64,000 nt of DNA from Verrucomicrobiota bacterium (GTDB taxonomy: Bacteria; Verrucomicrobiota; Verrucomicrobiia; Limisphaerales; BJHT01): positions 14,112 through 78,111 of the forward strand of contig BJHT01000001.1 in NCBI GenBank assembly GCA_014193395.1, given 5' to 3'. Made by a program: the position numbers and the translations under genes. Positions 24,952-36,705 of the stretch are shown here, piece by piece. The notes beneath the pieces were generated by a model that worked only from the letters and a program-made list of their open reading frames with translations, did not search any database and had not been told where the DNA came from. Position 1 is the first letter of the stretch; each line of letters starts with the position of its first letter.

Positions 24952-26334
24952 TCAGGCCTTTTCTTCGATCAACTCGCGCCGGCCGCCGGTCAGGAGTTCT
25001 TCGATGAAGTTGGTCGAGTAAACGCCGCGGCGGAAGTTGGGGTCCTGGAGGATGGCCTGCTCGAAGGCAATGGTGCTCTTGACGCCGGTGATCATGTATT
25101 CGCCGAGGGCGCGGCTCATTATCTCCATGGCTTCGCGGCGGTCTTTGCCATAGGTGATGAGCTTGCCGATCATCGAGTCGTAGTAAGGTGGGATCGTGTA
25201 GCCGGCGTAGGCGTGGCTGTCCACCCGGACGCCGCGGCCGCCGGGGGCGTAGTACATTTCGATCCGGCCGGGGCTGGGGCGGAAGTCATCGAAGGGGTCT
25301 TCGGCATTGATGCGGCATTCGATGGCGTGGCCGCGGAAGTGAACGTCGTTCTGCGAGATGCGGAGCGGTTCGCCCATCGCGATGAGAATCTGCTGTTTCA
25401 CGAGGTCGATCCCGGTGACTTCTTCGGTGATGGGGTGTTCGACCTGGATGCGTTTGTTGACCTCGAGGAAGTAGAAATTGCCCTGGTCATCGACGACAAA
25501 CTCGACGGTGCCGGCGTTGCTGTAGTTGGCGAGTTCGGCAATGCGGACGGCGGCCTTGCCCATTTTCTTCCGCAGATCCTTGAACTTGCCTTCAAACATC
25601 GGGGACGGGGTCTCCTCGATGACTTTCTGGTGCCGCCTCTGGATGGAGCAATCGCGTTCGCCGAGATGGATGATGTTGCCGCGGTTGTCGCCGAGAATCT
25701 GAAACTCAATGTGGTGGGGATTCTCGATGTACTTTTCGATATAGACCCCGGAGTTGCTGAAGGACTTCTCGGCTTCGGTGCGCGAGGTGTGGTAGCCCTT
25801 GATCATCGAAATGTCATTGTGGGCGATACGCATGCCGCGCCCGCCGCCGCCAGCGACAGCCTTTATCATTACCGGATACCCGATTTTCTTGGCGACTACG
25901 AGTGCTTCCTGCTCGTTCTCGACCAATCCATCGGAACCCGGAGGAGTAGGAACGCCCGCTTTCTTGGCCAACGTCCGGCTGACCTGTTTGTCTTCGAGCG
26001 CCTTCATCGCCCGCGAGCTGGGGCCAATGAAGCGAATGTTGCAGCTTTCGCAGACATCTGCGAAATGGGCGTTCTCGGAGAGGAATCCGTAGCCTGGATG
26101 GATGGCGTCCACATCCGCGATTTCCGCCGCGCTGATGAGGCGGTCGATGCGCAGATAGCTCTCGGAGCTTTGTCCTTTACCGATGCAAATGGCCTCGTCG
26201 GCCAGTTGAACGTGCATGGAATTAGCATCCGCCTCGGAATAGACCGCGACCGTGCGGACGTTCAGTTCCTTGCAGGCGCGGATGATGCGAATCGCAATCT
26301 CGCCCCGGTTGGCGACCAAGATCTTTTCAAACAT
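24952..26334 (-). CDS. accC: Acetyl-CoA carboxylase, biotin carboxylase subunit
   Basis: [25 protein letters not shown].., the ATP-grasp motif GGGGRGMR, and [14 protein letters not shown]. Confidence 0.95.
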   Translation of the reverse strand: MFEKILVANRGEIAIRIIRACKELNVRTVAVYSEADANSMHVQLADEAICIGKGQSSESYLRIDRLISAAEIADVDAIHPGYGFLSENAHFADVCESCNIRFIGPSSRAMKALEDKQVSRTLAKKAGVPTPPGSDGLVENEQEALVVAKKIGYPVMIKAVAGGGGRGMRIAHNDISMIKGYHTSRTEAEKSFSNSGVYIEKYIENPHHIEFQILGDNRGNIIHLGERDCSIQRRHQKVIEETPSPMFEGKFKDLRKKMGKAAVRIAELANYSNAGTVEFVVDDQGNFYFLEVNKRIQVEHPITEEVTGIDLVKQQILIAMGEPLRISQNDVHFRGHAIECRINAEDPFDDFRPSPGRIEMYYAPGGRGVRVDSHAYAGYTIPPYYDSMIGKLITYGKDRREAMEIMSRALGEYMITGVKSTIAFEQAILQDPNFRRGVYSTNFIEELLTGGRRELIEEKA

Positions 26335-26426
26335 GATGGATTGCTCCGGTGCCCGACCGCACGGCGCACAAGTTGGTGAGCCAACGGGGAACCGGACACT
26401 TGGGATTCGTTATCGTTAAGTAGAGG

Positions 26427-26897
26427 TCACGTGGGCCGGATGCGGAAGAGCGGCTGGCCGAATTCCACGGGCTTGGTGTTCTCGGCCACGACCTGGGTGA
26501 TGACGCCTTTGACCTCCGCTTTGATTTCGTTCATCACCTTCATGGCTTCGATGATGCACACGACGGTGTCGGGTCCGACTTCCGTGCCGACGGCGACATA
26601 GGGTGCCGACTCCGGAGAAGGGGAGAGATAGAACGTCCCGATCATCGGCGATTTGATCTCGGCGTCGCCCGTGCTCTTGGGAGCCGGGGCCATCAAGGCC
26701 GGGGCTGCCGGTGCGGGAGCCGCCTGAATCATGGGAACACCCGCCGGTTGCGGGGCGTCTTCGAGGGCGGCACCACCGCCGCCGCCTTGCAGTCCGCGTT
26801 TGAGGCGGACTTTGAAACCTTCCTTTTCCAACTCGAACTCCGAGATGGAGTTTTTCCGCATCAGATCAATGATCGCTTTGATGTCTTTCAGGTCCAC
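26427..26897 (-). CDS. accB: Acetyl-CoA carboxylase biotin carboxyl carrier protein
   Basis: Biotinylation motif EAMKVMNEI with an Ala/Pro-rich linker. The likely start is GTG (V)DLKDIKAIIDLM at 26897. The alternative ATG at 26948 would add 17 codons. Confidence 0.9.
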   Translation of the reverse strand: MDLKDIKAIIDLMRKNSISEFELEKEGFKVRLKRGLQGGGGGAALEDAPQPAGVPMIQAAPAPAAPALMAPAPKSTGDAEIKSPMIGTFYLSPSPESAPYVAVGTEVGPDTVVCIIEAMKVMNEIKAEVKGVITQVVAENTKPVEFGQPLFRIRPT

Positions 26898-27107
26898 AAA
26901 TGCTCTCCCATGGGTTGGAATTGATCGGGCCGATAAATCGGCAAGCACTGAAATTGCGAGTTACAAAACGCCGACGGTTTGCTGAGGTTGGCCACGGTTT
27001 GATCGCACATTTCAAATACGACGGCACGCTAGGGAGGACGCAGAAATGCGTCAAGAGAAGTTTCCCGCGCTCTGACGAGGATAAGCCCGCGAAGGCGGCT
27101 TGCAGGC

Positions 27108-27548
27108 TTAAATCGCCGTTTTTATTAGCGATAAAGCCCCATCCAATCCGAGCAGATAAGAGTGCGGACCAAATCCGCAAATCTGCCCGCGGCACACGGC
27201 GGCGATCATCGAATGATGCCGGAATTCCTCGCGGGCGTGGATGTTCGAGAGATGGATTTCCACGGTGGGAATTCCCGTCGCCGAGATGGCATCGCGAAGG
27301 GCGATGCTCGTGTGGGTGTAGGCTCCGGCGTTGATCACGACTGCGGCAAACTCACCCACTGCCTGCTGAATCCAAGTGACCAATTCGCCTTCGGAATTGC
27401 TCTGCCGAAAATCCACGGCGACTCCGAGTTCGGCGGCCCGCTTTTGCACCATCACCTCGATTTGGGCCAAGGTGGTCTTTCCGTAAATCCCCGGCTCGCG
27501 CTTGCCGAGCAGGTTGAGATTCGGGCCGTTCAAGAACAAGAGTTTCAT
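27108..27548 (-). CDS. aroQ: Type II 3-dehydroquinate dehydratase
   Basis: [23 protein letters not shown].., [16 protein letters not shown] and [17 protein letters not shown]. Confidence 0.95.
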   Translation of the reverse strand: MKLLFLNGPNLNLLGKREPGIYGKTTLAQIEVMVQKRAAELGVAVDFRQSNSEGELVTWIQQAVGEFAAVVINAGAYTHTSIALRDAISATGIPTVEIHLSNIHAREEFRHHSMIAAVCRGQICGFGPHSYLLGLDGALSLIKTAI

Positions 27549-27561
27549 GGCGGCAAAGTTT

Positions 27562-28944
27562 CTAACGGGCGGCGGCCGGGGTGTCGATTTGATTTCCTCG
27601 CGCCGAGTTCCCCCACAACCAGCCGAGGAGCGCAAATCCCGGCCAGGCAATGGCGGGTACATACAGGCCAAACTCGATGAAGCTCTGCAAACCCCAGCCG
27701 GCCAGGCCGAGCCAGACTAGAAAGGCAAACGAGGAGTTTCGGACATGGCTGTTGCGATACAGGAGGAAAACGGAGCCGAAGAAAAACGCCGCAAACGCCA
27801 GTGCGCCGACGGTCCCGGAATCGGAAGCCTGCTGAAGAAAATCATTATGCGCCAGCCGGGCCATCTCGGCTTCCGGCGGTTTGATCTTCTGATAGGCCGC
27901 CAAGAAAGTCCCCGGTCCGCTACCCAGAACCGGATTGGCCACGAAGGTCTTGCCCGCCGCCCGCCAGTAGTCAAAGCGCGCGCCGACGCTCGTCGCACCT
28001 TTGGCAAAGTAACCTTGAAAGCGCAGGCCAAAGCCGAGCAACCCCAGCACCGCCACCGCCAGCGCGACACCGAGTTTCATTCGGCGCGGCACCGGCGTCC
28101 GCCCCAGCGCCACCAGCAACATGACCACCGCGATCAACCAACCGCCCTTCGAGCCGGTCCAGAACAGGCACCCAAGGCCGCCCCCCGCCAAGCCCGCCGC
28201 GAGTCCGACGCGCACCGGCGGCGGCAGTTCCCGCCCGCCAAACCACGCCGCCCCGACCACCGCCGGCAGCAGGAGAATGAGCACGCCGGCCAGTGCATTG
28301 GGATAAACCAGAGTCGAAAAAATCCGGTTGCTCTGAATCTTCTTTAGGAACTCCGGCGACATCGGTTTGTCTGCCATCTGTTCCATGATGTACTTCCGCG
28401 TCTCCTCCAAACCGCCGAAATGTTGCTGCCATCCCTGCACCAAGACCACCGCCAGGCAGCCGCCGAGGAAAAACCAAAACAGCCGCAACCGCTCGACCTT
28501 CGCCAGCGCGAACACCCCGAGATAAAAGCACGCCAGACACGCGCCGAAATGCAGCAGGGTCGCCCGCGTCAGGTCTGGCCGGATGCTTTGCGCCCCGGCC
28601 AGGAGCTGCCAGCCGAACCACACCGCGGGGAGCGCCACGATCCAAGCTGGGGCCGTCGTCTGGAATCTCCCCACCCGCAGACCCAGGCCGACCAGACCCG
28701 CCAGCAGGACATACCCCCATTCCACCGGCCACGCTTGAATGATGAACTCGATGCGATTTTGCGGCGCGACGACAGCATCGTTCAACACGATGGGATTCCC
28801 GAACTTGAGCAGACTCAGTCCCAACACCAGGCCGAATCCCGCCACGAATAAAACCTCCCACACCGATTCCGGATGGGGCGATTTCAACGACGGCGGCGAC
28901 ATGCCCGCGCACCGTACCGAAACCGCACGCGACAATCCAGACAT
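27562..28944 (-). CDS. O-antigen ligase/polymerase-like (Wzy_C) polytopic membrane protein
   Basis: At least 10 TM segments. The loop motif is [20 protein letters not shown]. The start may instead be at 28902. Confidence 0.7.
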   Translation of the reverse strand: MSGLSRAVSVRCAGMSPPSLKSPHPESVWEVLFVAGFGLVLGLSLLKFGNPIVLNDAVVAPQNRIEFIIQAWPVEWGYVLLAGLVGLGLRVGRFQTTAPAWIVALPAVWFGWQLLAGAQSIRPDLTRATLLHFGACLACFYLGVFALAKVERLRLFWFFLGGCLAVVLVQGWQQHFGGLEETRKYIMEQMADKPMSPEFLKKIQSNRIFSTLVYPNALAGVLILLLPAVVGAAWFGGRELPPPVRVGLAAGLAGGGLGCLFWTGSKGGWLIAVVMLLVALGRTPVPRRMKLGVALAVAVLGLLGFGLRFQGYFAKGATSVGARFDYWRAAGKTFVANPVLGSGPGTFLAAYQKIKPPEAEMARLAHNDFLQQASDSGTVGALAFAAFFFGSVFLLYRNSHVRNSSFAFLVWLGLAGWGLQSFIEFGLYVPAIAWPGFALLGWLWGNSARGNQIDTPAAAR

Positions 28945-28989
28945 ACGGCGCCCGCCCGTGCTCCGCCCAACCCGGATATTTCACACCGA

Positions 28990-29118
28990 CTTTGTAGCGC
29001 AGGCTCCCAAGCTTGCTGTATCGCGGGTTTCTAAACCCGCGGCGCGTCCGGCGAGGCCGACACCCTGCCGACTTGGAAAGTCGGCGACATAGCAGGTTTG
29101 GAAACCTGCGCTACAAGG
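28990..29118. repeat. Multi-hairpin dispersed repeat bounded by TTGTAGCGCAGG / CCTGCGCTACAAGG
   Basis: There is a terminal inverted repeat. Three internal hairpins are present: GCGGGTTTCTAAACCCGC, GCCGACTTGGAAAGTCGGC and GCAGGTTTGGAAACCTGC. Confidence 0.8.
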
Positions 29119-29320
29119 GCGGGCGGGCGGTGGCTGCGACGGAACAATGAAATATCCCGCCCAACTCGTCGGCCGTGCGGTCCCCCCGGCGACTCCGACC
29201 GCTTGCTGCTTGGTGCTTCCTTTGAGTCTTTGAGCTTTAAGCTTTGAGCTTTGACTCCGGTTTTTCCCCGACACGTTCCGTCCTTGAGCACGCGCCGAAG
29301 TACGCTACTCTCCGGCGACC

Positions 29321-30007
29321 ATGAAACCGTTTTTCACCCCGCTGTTGTGCCGCGTTTACGTGGCATTCGCGCTGATCTCGGTCGTTCACTTAGCGTGGCC
29401 CTTGGTCATGTCGTCGTCGTGGAACCGGCAGCGCCTCCTGCACGTCCTGGTCACGACGGACGACGCCCCCGTCCGCGAGCGCACCGCCGCCAAGCTGGCG
29501 GACTATGGCGGCGAGGAACAACTCATGGCGGCGCTGCGCGAGTCGTCCGCCGCCGTACAGGACGTTGCCACCGGTGCGCTCCTACAGCTTTGGTTCAGCC
29601 GCGGCGGTGCCGACGAAGTGGCGTTGCTCGCCCGCGCGCAGCAATTCGCCGAGAAAAATGATCTGCGCCGCGCCTTGGTCGTCCTCAATTACCTGACCCG
29701 CCTGCACCCCTTTTACGCTCCCGGCTGGGACTGCCGCGCGACGGTTCACTGGAAACTCGGCCATTTGCGAAAGGCCGAGAGTGCCTGCCGCAAAGTCGTC
29801 TTGCTGAATCCCAATCATTTCGCCGCCTGGCGCAGCCTCGGTGTCTGCCAGCTCAGCCAGGGCCGCGTGGCTGAAGCCAGCGAGTCGCTGCGCCGCGCGC
29901 TGATCATCGCGCCGGAAGACCGTGTTTCGCGCTCCTATTTCCGCCGCTGCGGCGAATTGAAGGGGCGCATCCGCCAGCGTCCCGGCGTCGGTCTCCTCGA
30001 GATTTGA
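29321..30007 (+). CDS. HEAT/TPR repeat protein with N-terminal membrane anchor
   Basis: An N-terminal hydrophobic helix is present. TPR-like units include A..VL..L..L.P....GW and AWRSLGVCQLSQGRVAEASESLRRALIIAPED. Confidence 0.6.
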   Translation: MKPFFTPLLCRVYVAFALISVVHLAWPLVMSSSWNRQRLLHVLVTTDDAPVRERTAAKLADYGGEEQLMAALRESSAAVQDVATGALLQLWFSRGGADEVALLARAQQFAEKNDLRRALVVLNYLTRLHPFYAPGWDCRATVHWKLGHLRKAESACRKVVLLNPNHFAAWRSLGVCQLSQGRVAEASESLRRALIIAPEDRVSRSYFRRCGELKGRIRQRPGVGLLEI

Positions 30008-30070
30008 GCGCGTGGCGTCGGTGACGTGTCTACAACCAAACTCCGCCCCGGCCTCCCGCCGCGCCTGCCC

Positions 30071-31174
30071 ATGACCATCGGCGTCCCCAAAGAAATCAAA
30101 GCCCAGGAATTCCGCGTCGGCCTTCTGCCCTCGGCCGCTTACCAACTGATACGCCGCGGCCACACCGTCGTCGTCGAGCGCGGCGCGGGCGTCGGCGCGG
30201 GCTATCCCGACCGCGATTACGAGCACGCCGGCGCGCACCTCGTGGACACCCATGAAGCCGTCTTTGCGCAGGCCGGCCTCATTGTGAAAGTCAAGGAACC
30301 CCTCCCTGCCGAGCTCCCCCTCCTGCGCCCCGGCCAGCTTCTCTTCACCTACCTCCATCTCGCCGCGAGCAAGCCGCTCACCGAAGCGTTGCTGCAATCC
30401 GGCGTCACCGCGCTCGCCTACGAAACCGTCGAGGTCAACCGCCACCTCCCATTGCTCGAACCCATGAGCGAAATCGCCGGACGCATGGCCGTCTTCGTCG
30501 GCGGCTATTTTCTCGCGAAACATTTCGGCGGCAGCGGCGTGTTGCTCGGCGGCGTGCCCGGCGTGCTCCCCGGCAAGGTCGTCGTCCTCGGCGGCGGCGT
30601 CTCCGGCATCAACGCGGCACGCGTCGCCACCGGCGTGGGCGCGGACGTCACCATCCTCGAGGTCGATGTCGAGCGGATGCGCTTCCTCGACATCACGCTC
30701 CACACCGCGCACACGCTCTATTCGAGCGAGGCGCATCTGCTCGAATTGCTCCCCACCGTGGACCTCCTCATCGGCGCCGTGCTCGTCCCCGGCGCGAAGG
30801 CTCCGAAACTGATCAATCGTGAAATGCTCCGCCGCATGCGCCCCGGCAGCGTGCTCGTGGACATCGCCATCGACCAGGGCGGCTGCGCGGAAACCTCGCG
30901 TCCCACCACGCATCACGACCCGGTGTTCGTCGAAGAAGGCGTCACCCACTATTGCGTCGCCAACATGCCCGCCGCCTACGCCCGCACTGCGACCCAGGCC
31001 CTCACCAACGTCACCTACCGTTACCTCGAAACCCTCGCCGATCTCGGCCTCGCCGAAGCCTGCCAGCGCCAGCCCGCCCTCCGCCACGGCATCAATCTTC
31101 ACGCCGGCCGCCTCACCAACCGCGCCGTCGCCGACGCCCACGGCCTGCCCTTCACTCCGCTCGACGGCGTGTGA
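30071..31174 (+). CDS. ald: Alanine dehydrogenase
   Basis: [21 protein letters not shown].., the NAD-binding motif [17 protein letters not shown], and the C-terminal HYCVANMP. Confidence 0.9.
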   Translation: MTIGVPKEIKAQEFRVGLLPSAAYQLIRRGHTVVVERGAGVGAGYPDRDYEHAGAHLVDTHEAVFAQAGLIVKVKEPLPAELPLLRPGQLLFTYLHLAASKPLTEALLQSGVTALAYETVEVNRHLPLLEPMSEIAGRMAVFVGGYFLAKHFGGSGVLLGGVPGVLPGKVVVLGGGVSGINAARVATGVGADVTILEVDVERMRFLDITLHTAHTLYSSEAHLLELLPTVDLLIGAVLVPGAKAPKLINREMLRRMRPGSVLVDIAIDQGGCAETSRPTTHHDPVFVEEGVTHYCVANMPAAYARTATQALTNVTYRYLETLADLGLAEACQRQPALRHGINLHAGRLTNRAVADAHGLPFTPLDGV

Positions 31175-31333
31175 TGCGGGAGAAAAAGTCGGACCCGATC
31201 TCTAGGGCTTCCGTCAGGCTGATCCCGAAGCGAAGCGATACACCTCAAAGGGCGAAGCCCCATCCGAAGCGGCGCGCAATCGCCCCGCCTTCGCACCGGC
31301 AACAGCGCAGCGGCTGCCTTGCTCGGCGTGGGA

Positions 31334-31369
31334 AATAAAAAGGGGCTGGCAACGTGCGTTGCCAGCCCC
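31334..31369 (-). terminator. Rho-independent terminator of the DUF11 lipoprotein gene
   Basis: On the minus strand GGGGCTGGCAAC-GCAC-GTTGCCAGCCCC is followed by TTTTTATTT. It lies 20 nt after the stop at 31389. Confidence 0.8.
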
Positions 31370-31388
31370 GTGAAGCCGTGATGACAGC

Positions 31389-33032
31389 TTAGTAAACGTG
31401 CGTGCTCTCTTCCTTCGAGACGGCCGGCTTGATCAGGTCGGACGTGTAGTAGCACTTGGTGCGGGCGTCACCGGCCGCGACACCCTTGGCGCGAATCGTC
31501 CAGCGAATCGCCTGTTTCGGGGCGAGGCGCGGATACGGGGCGAACGTGACGGTCTGGCCGTCCACGCGGCCGGCGGAATCGCCGGACGCCGCAAGCGGCT
31601 TCACTTCCGCCGGGAACTGCATCACGGTGGTAATGTTCGTGTCGTCCGCCGTGCCTTGGTTGGTGATGGTGATCACGTAGTCGGTCTCTTCACCGATTTG
31701 GATCGGGTCCACGGTGTCGATCATCTCGAGCAGCAGGCCCGCGTAGCCCTTCCAGACGGTGCAGGCGGTGGTCGAGCCGTTCAAGCCCTCGGCCGTCACC
31801 ACGGTCGCGCTGTTGCAATGTTCGCCCGCCAGCGAAGAAGTGAGGGTGACATTGAACGTCTTGCGTTCACCCGCTTCCATGCTGGGAATCTGCCACACGG
31901 CCTGGTTGCCGGAGACTGAGGCACCGGGCGCGGTGACAATCGACGTGTTGGCCGGGGCCGTGTCGGTCACGGTCACGTTGGTGATGGGCACATCGCCGGT
32001 GTTGGCCACCACGATGCTGTACTCGGCCTTCTTGTTCGTGTACTGCTCCTTGAGGCCGGACTTCTGGATTTCGATGCGCGGCTCGGTGACGACGGTGCAG
32101 GCTTCGGATTGCACGCGGCCGGCATTGGTCGAGGTGGCGACGGCGGTGTTGCAAATCCGGCCGCGTTGCTTGGCCGTAAACGTCACGGCCTGGGTCTTCG
32201 ATTCACCCGGCGCGAGGTCGCCAAACGGGAAGGAGAGCGTCGGCTGGCCGCTGCTGTGCGTCATGCCATTCGGCACGGTATCCGTGACCACGATGCCGCG
32301 GGCGACGGTGGAGCCGGTGTTGCGGACCACAATGTTGTAGGTCACCTCCGAGCCAAGCCGGGCGGTCGCCGGACCGCTCTTGACGATCTCGATGACCGGA
32401 CGCCCGACCACGACGGTCGCACAACCGCGCGGGTCCGCGCTCACGGTGAAGCAGGAGCAGAACTCACCTTCCTGCTGGGCGCGAAGCGTGATGCGAATGG
32501 TCTGGGACTGGCCCTTGCGAATCTCCAAAAAGCGCCACGCAATCTGCTCGCCGGCCACGGCGGCGTTCGGCTCGCTGCGGACGTACACCGCGCCCTTGGG
32601 CAACGTGTCGGTCACGATCACATTGCCGATTTCCTCCAACGCCGTGACGACAATTTCATAGGAAAACTCTTCTCCGAGCGTTACCTCGGCGGGCATGCGT
32701 TTGACGGCCTGAAGCAGGGACGTGCGAATCTCCGACGGTCCGCAGTCGCCCCGGGCGGCCGGCGGCAGAATGTCGCGCGACGGCGGCTGTTTGCCCGGCG
32801 GGCAGCAATCGGGATCGGCAGCTTTGGGCTGGCCCACCGCCCCCGTGTCCACCATCGCCGCTCCTCCCGGTGGAGTTTGCCCTGAAATGTTGCGCCCCCA
32901 TGTGTCGCGTGGTTGGTTGACATCGCGGTCCTGCGTGGCGGCTGAACGATTGCGACCGGCGCACCCGACCAGCAAAACCGCCAGCACGCAGCTGGCGGCC
33001 ATCTGCCAAAGGAATTTTTGTTTCGTGTTCAT
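31389..33032 (-). CDS. Lipoprotein with DUF11 (conserved repeat domain) repeats
   Basis: Lipobox LLVGCAG. There are four units of the DUF11 type (VIVTDTLPKGAVYV, IVVTDTVPNGMTH, VTVTDTAPANTSI, ITITNQGTADDTN). Confidence 0.8.
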   Translation of the reverse strand: MNTKQKFLWQMAASCVLAVLLVGCAGRNRSAATQDRDVNQPRDTWGRNISGQTPPGGAAMVDTGAVGQPKAADPDCCPPGKQPPSRDILPPAARGDCGPSEIRTSLLQAVKRMPAEVTLGEEFSYEIVVTALEEIGNVIVTDTLPKGAVYVRSEPNAAVAGEQIAWRFLEIRKGQSQTIRITLRAQQEGEFCSCFTVSADPRGCATVVVGRPVIEIVKSGPATARLGSEVTYNIVVRNTGSTVARGIVVTDTVPNGMTHSSGQPTLSFPFGDLAPGESKTQAVTFTAKQRGRICNTAVATSTNAGRVQSEACTVVTEPRIEIQKSGLKEQYTNKKAEYSIVVANTGDVPITNVTVTDTAPANTSIVTAPGASVSGNQAVWQIPSMEAGERKTFNVTLTSSLAGEHCNSATVVTAEGLNGSTTACTVWKGYAGLLLEMIDTVDPIQIGEETDYVITITNQGTADDTNITTVMQFPAEVKPLAASGDSAGRVDGQTVTFAPYPRLAPKQAIRWTIRAKGVAAGDARTKCYYTSDLIKPAVSKEESTHVY

Positions 33033-33279
33033 AAAGATTTTCCAATTTCCAACTCGTCCACCACGGCTCCACCCGATTCGGCCACCGCCCCATGCCCGCG
33101 GCACCCATCAATGTTTTCGCGGCCATCGGCCGCCCCACGCGCGCAGAATTCGACCCGACCGGGGAGCAATTCAAAAAGCGCGCTGTTGCGTTACCACGCC
33201 GGGAAACAGGTGGCAAACCCGTTTTTGGATTGCCGTCCGCCATTTCGCCATCTCGCCGCTATTCACCCGCCGTCACGGA

Positions 33280-34314
33280 TTACAGGAAATGTCCGCGCTG
33301 CTTCTCGCTGATGGGCACGGCGAGTTTCGCCATCACCTGCAGCATGTCTTCCCACACCTTCCGTTTTTCGCGGTTGTCCGGTTTGTGCAGCAGATACGAA
33401 GGGTGATAGGTCGGCATCACCGGAATGCCGCGGAAGGTCTGCCAGTTGCCGCGCAGGCGCGTGATGCTCTCCGTCAAGCCCAGCAGCCCCGTCGTGGCGC
33501 TCGCGCCCAGCGCCACCAGCACGCGGGGGCGGACCAGTTCGATCTGCGTGAGTAAATACGGCCGGCACGTCGCCATTTCTTCCGGCGTGGGCCGGCGATT
33601 GCCGAACGACTGCCCCGGCGTGTCCGGCCGGCACTTGAGAATGTTCGCGATGTAAACCGTCTCCCGCGAGAACCCCATCGCCTTGATGATCTTCGTCAGC
33701 AACTCCCCCGCCGCTCCGACAAATGGCTCGCCCAGCCGGTCTTCGTCTGCCCCCGGCGCCTCGCCCACGAACATCAGCGTCGCCTCTGGATCGCCCACGC
33801 CAAACACCACCTGCTGCCGCGTGGCCACGAGGTGCGGGCATTTCTCGCAGGCCAGCGCACGGGCACGCAACTCGGCCAGCGCCTGCAACTTTTCTGCGGG
33901 CGGCAAAACCGGGGAATTGAAAACATCGCCGCGCGGTGAGGACGTAACCTTCGCCGCCGCGGTGGTCGCACTGGGTGGCACCGGCGCGGGCGTGGAAAAA
34001 ATCGGCTTCGGTGCCGGGGCAGAAACCGGCGGTGCAGGCGGCGCAGGCGCTCGGGGCGCGGGCGGCGGTGGCGACGGCGGCGACGGCGGCGGCGGCGTTG
34101 GTGCCACGCGGGCCGCTGCGGGCGCGACCGCAGTTCGGGCCGTCGCGTTGAGTGGAGCCGCTGCCGGCGCGGCGGTCGTCAGCGTCCTCGGCACCGGCGC
34201 GGCCAGCGCCGCCAGCACCTCCGGCCCCACGCTCACGAACTTGCTGCCGTCCGCCTTCAACTCCTCCAGGTGGGCGATCACCGCATCCAGCAAGCTCGTG
34301 TAGGAATCTGACAT
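33280..34314 (-). CDS. Family 4 uracil-DNA glycosylase with long Pro/Ala-rich N-terminal extension
   Basis: The UDG-4 motifs are [29 protein letters not shown] and HPSYLL. The start is placed at MSDSYTSLL (34314). The rest of ORF 33280..35178 overlaps a better plus-strand gene. Confidence 0.85.
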   Translation of the reverse strand: MSDSYTSLLDAVIAHLEELKADGSKFVSVGPEVLAALAAPVPRTLTTAAPAAAPLNATARTAVAPAAARVAPTPPPPSPPSPPPPAPRAPAPPAPPVSAPAPKPIFSTPAPVPPSATTAAAKVTSSPRGDVFNSPVLPPAEKLQALAELRARALACEKCPHLVATRQQVVFGVGDPEATLMFVGEAPGADEDRLGEPFVGAAGELLTKIIKAMGFSRETVYIANILKCRPDTPGQSFGNRRPTPEEMATCRPYLLTQIELVRPRVLVALGASATTGLLGLTESITRLRGNWQTFRGIPVMPTYHPSYLLHKPDNREKRKVWEDMLQVMAKLAVPISEKQRGHFL

Positions 34315-34612
34315 CGCCCGCAATACAAGCCATCGTCCGCCCGCGACGCGACAAGATTTTCCAAATCGAGGAATGAGTCCGGCGCAGCCGCGCATCGTCG
34401 CCCCCCGGAGCGCGAGCCGTCCCGGCTCGCAGCGGCTGCACCTGCACCGAGGTCGTGGCATTTCAAGCCCTTCCATCCCCGCGTCGCCGCTGCGGACGGG
34501 GACCGTCCGCGCGCCGAGGCAGTGACCGAACGCCCCCGGAAAAAAGTTGCACCACCCCGCGCGCTGGCTGACAAATTCGCCGCTCAATTCATCGTCTGCA
34601 CACCCACTCATC

Positions 34613-35230
34613 ATGAAAAAATTCGCCCCGCTCCTCGCCCTCCTCCTCACCGCCACGCTGTCGCCCGCCCAGGAAGGCGGCCCGCAGCTCGTCCCGCGTG
34701 CCGACGCGCAAAAATACGCGCAAATCCTCGCCGATTCTTCCAAGGACCTCGCCGATCTCCCGCTCGTCTGCGAACTCGAGCTCACCAAACCCGCCGCCAT
34801 CCGCGCGGGCGAAGCCGGCGCCCTCGTCATCCCCGACAAACGCGTCACCGCCGACAAGCTCGCCAAGGCCGGCAAGGACGCCGTGCCGCTCGGGCATCTC
34901 TGGCTGCGCAACGTCGCTCCGTGGAAAAACGGCAGCCCGCTGCCCAACGCCGACCAGCGCACCGTGCGCGTCCGCTCCGGCGAATCCACCGCCGACGCCC
35001 AGCTCTTCGTGCTCGCCGTCCGCCGCAACGCCGCCGACAAGCTTGAACTCCTCGTCCTCGGCAAAACCAAGGAACCTGTCGTCACCCTGCCGCTGGAAAA
35101 ATCCACCGCCTCCGGCGACGCCCCGCTGCAAATCCAAGGCCGCAAAACCGGCGAGGACTCCGGCGTCCTCACGCTCATCTTCTTCGGTCAGCACCAGGCC
35201 GAACTCACGCTCGGCAAACCAGCCGAGTAA
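34613..35230 (+). CDS. Secreted hypothetical protein
   Basis: Signal peptide MKKFAPLLALLLTATLSPAQE. The ORF is 205 aa with no recognised domain. Confidence 0.55.
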   Translation: MKKFAPLLALLLTATLSPAQEGGPQLVPRADAQKYAQILADSSKDLADLPLVCELELTKPAAIRAGEAGALVIPDKRVTADKLAKAGKDAVPLGHLWLRNVAPWKNGSPLPNADQRTVRVRSGESTADAQLFVLAVRRNAADKLELLVLGKTKEPVVTLPLEKSTASGDAPLQIQGRKTGEDSGVLTLIFFGQHQAELTLGKPAE

Positions 35231-35300
35231 TTCCACCCTCACCACCTCGCGCCGCCTCGCATCGCCTCACACCCGCGCCCGCCAGCACCACCATTCCACC

Positions 35301-36542
35301 ATGAAAACTTCCGCCCTCCGCCAGATCGTCGCGTTCTCCCCGCTCGCGCTGCTGCTCGCCACGCGCCTCATCTCCGCCACCGCGAGCGCTGCCGATCCCG
35401 CCTCCGTCGGCATCGACGCCGCCAAGCTCCCGGCCATCCCCGCGAAGATGCAGTCGTTCGTCAGCAACCACGTCGTGTCCGGTGCGGTCACGCTCGTCGC
35501 GCGCAAAGGCGAGGTCGTGAGCCTCGCGGCGGTGGGCTACGCCGACCTCGAAAAACGCGAGCCGATGCGCGCCGATCATCTCTTCTGGATTGCCTCGATG
35601 ACCAAGCCCATCACCGCCACCGCGGTCCTCATGCTCCAAGACGAAGGCAAACTCTCCGTCGAAGACCCGGTCGAAAAATATCTGCCCGAGTTCAAGGACC
35701 AATGGCTCGTCACCGAAAAATCCAAGGACCGCATCGTCGTCCAGCGCCCCGCGCGCAAGATCACGTTGCGCGACCTCCTCACCCACACCTCCGGCCTCAC
35801 CAGCAGCGCCCCCGAAGCGGGGCGCGACCTCTCGCTCGCCGAGCTCACGCTCACCTACGCGTTGCAACCGCTCCAGTTCGAGCCGGGCAGCAAATGGTCC
35901 TACTGCAACCCCGGCATCAACACGCTCGGCCGCATCATCGAAGTCGTCTCCGGCGAAAAATTCTCCGACTTCCTCGACCGCCGCCTCTTCGTCCCCCTCG
36001 GCATGAAAGACACCACCTTCTGGCCTACTGAAGAACAGGCCCGCCGTGTCGCCAAAGCCTACGGGCCCGCGCCCGACGGCCAGGGCCTCGCCGAAACGCC
36101 CGTGTTCATTCTCAAAGGCCCGCTCACCTCCCGCGCCCGCACGCCGATCCCCGCGGGCGGCCTTTATTCCACCGCCGCCGACCTCGCGCGCCTCTACCAG
36201 ATGGTCCTCAACGGTGGCACGCTCGACGGCCGCCGCTACGTCAGCGCCGCCAGCGTGAAGCTCATGACCAGCCCGCAAACCGGCGACCTGAAAGCCGGCT
36301 TCACCGAAGGCATGAGTCTGGGTCTCGGCTGGCAGGTCGTGCGCCAGCCCGTCGGCGTCACCGCCATGCTCGCGCCCGGCACCCACGGACACGGCGGCGC
36401 GTTCGGGACTCAGGGCTGGATCGATCCCGCCAAGGAAATGGTTTTCGTGCTGATGATCCAGCGCGCCAAGCTCCCCAACTCCGACGGTGCTGAAATCCGC
36501 CGCGCCTTTCAGGAAGCCGCCGTCGCCGCGCTGAAAAACTGA
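35301..36542 (+). CDS. Serine hydrolase, beta-lactamase/PBP4*-like (class C fold)
   Basis: A signal peptide is present. The motifs are S-x-x-K (ASMTK), Y-x-N (YCN) and HGGAFG. Confidence 0.85.
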   Translation: MKTSALRQIVAFSPLALLLATRLISATASAADPASVGIDAAKLPAIPAKMQSFVSNHVVSGAVTLVARKGEVVSLAAVGYADLEKREPMRADHLFWIASMTKPITATAVLMLQDEGKLSVEDPVEKYLPEFKDQWLVTEKSKDRIVVQRPARKITLRDLLTHTSGLTSSAPEAGRDLSLAELTLTYALQPLQFEPGSKWSYCNPGINTLGRIIEVVSGEKFSDFLDRRLFVPLGMKDTTFWPTEEQARRVAKAYGPAPDGQGLAETPVFILKGPLTSRARTPIPAGGLYSTAADLARLYQMVLNGGTLDGRRYVSAASVKLMTSPQTGDLKAGFTEGMSLGLGWQVVRQPVGVTAMLAPGTHGHGGAFGTQGWIDPAKEMVFVLMIQRAKLPNSDGAEIRRAFQEAAVAALKN

Positions 36543-36705
36543 ACGAGGCAGGAGCCCGGGCGGCCCGCCCGCGTCGCCGCCGACCTGCGGAAAAACCGCG
36601 GGAAAAAAACGCGACATGGAGCCATCGTCCTCGCCAAGCGGCGTGAGGGACACGGGCAGCGAACGGCGCGTCGCCGCCGACCGCACCGCAGCAGATCAGC
36701 GAAAT

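Noticed and set aside
34315-35178. The N-terminal 288 codons of ORF 33280..35178, which would make a 632-aa UDG.
   Set aside because: This part is Arg/Ser-rich nonsense. It overlaps a plus-strand gene with a clean signal peptide (34613..35230). The UDG has a sensible start at 34314.
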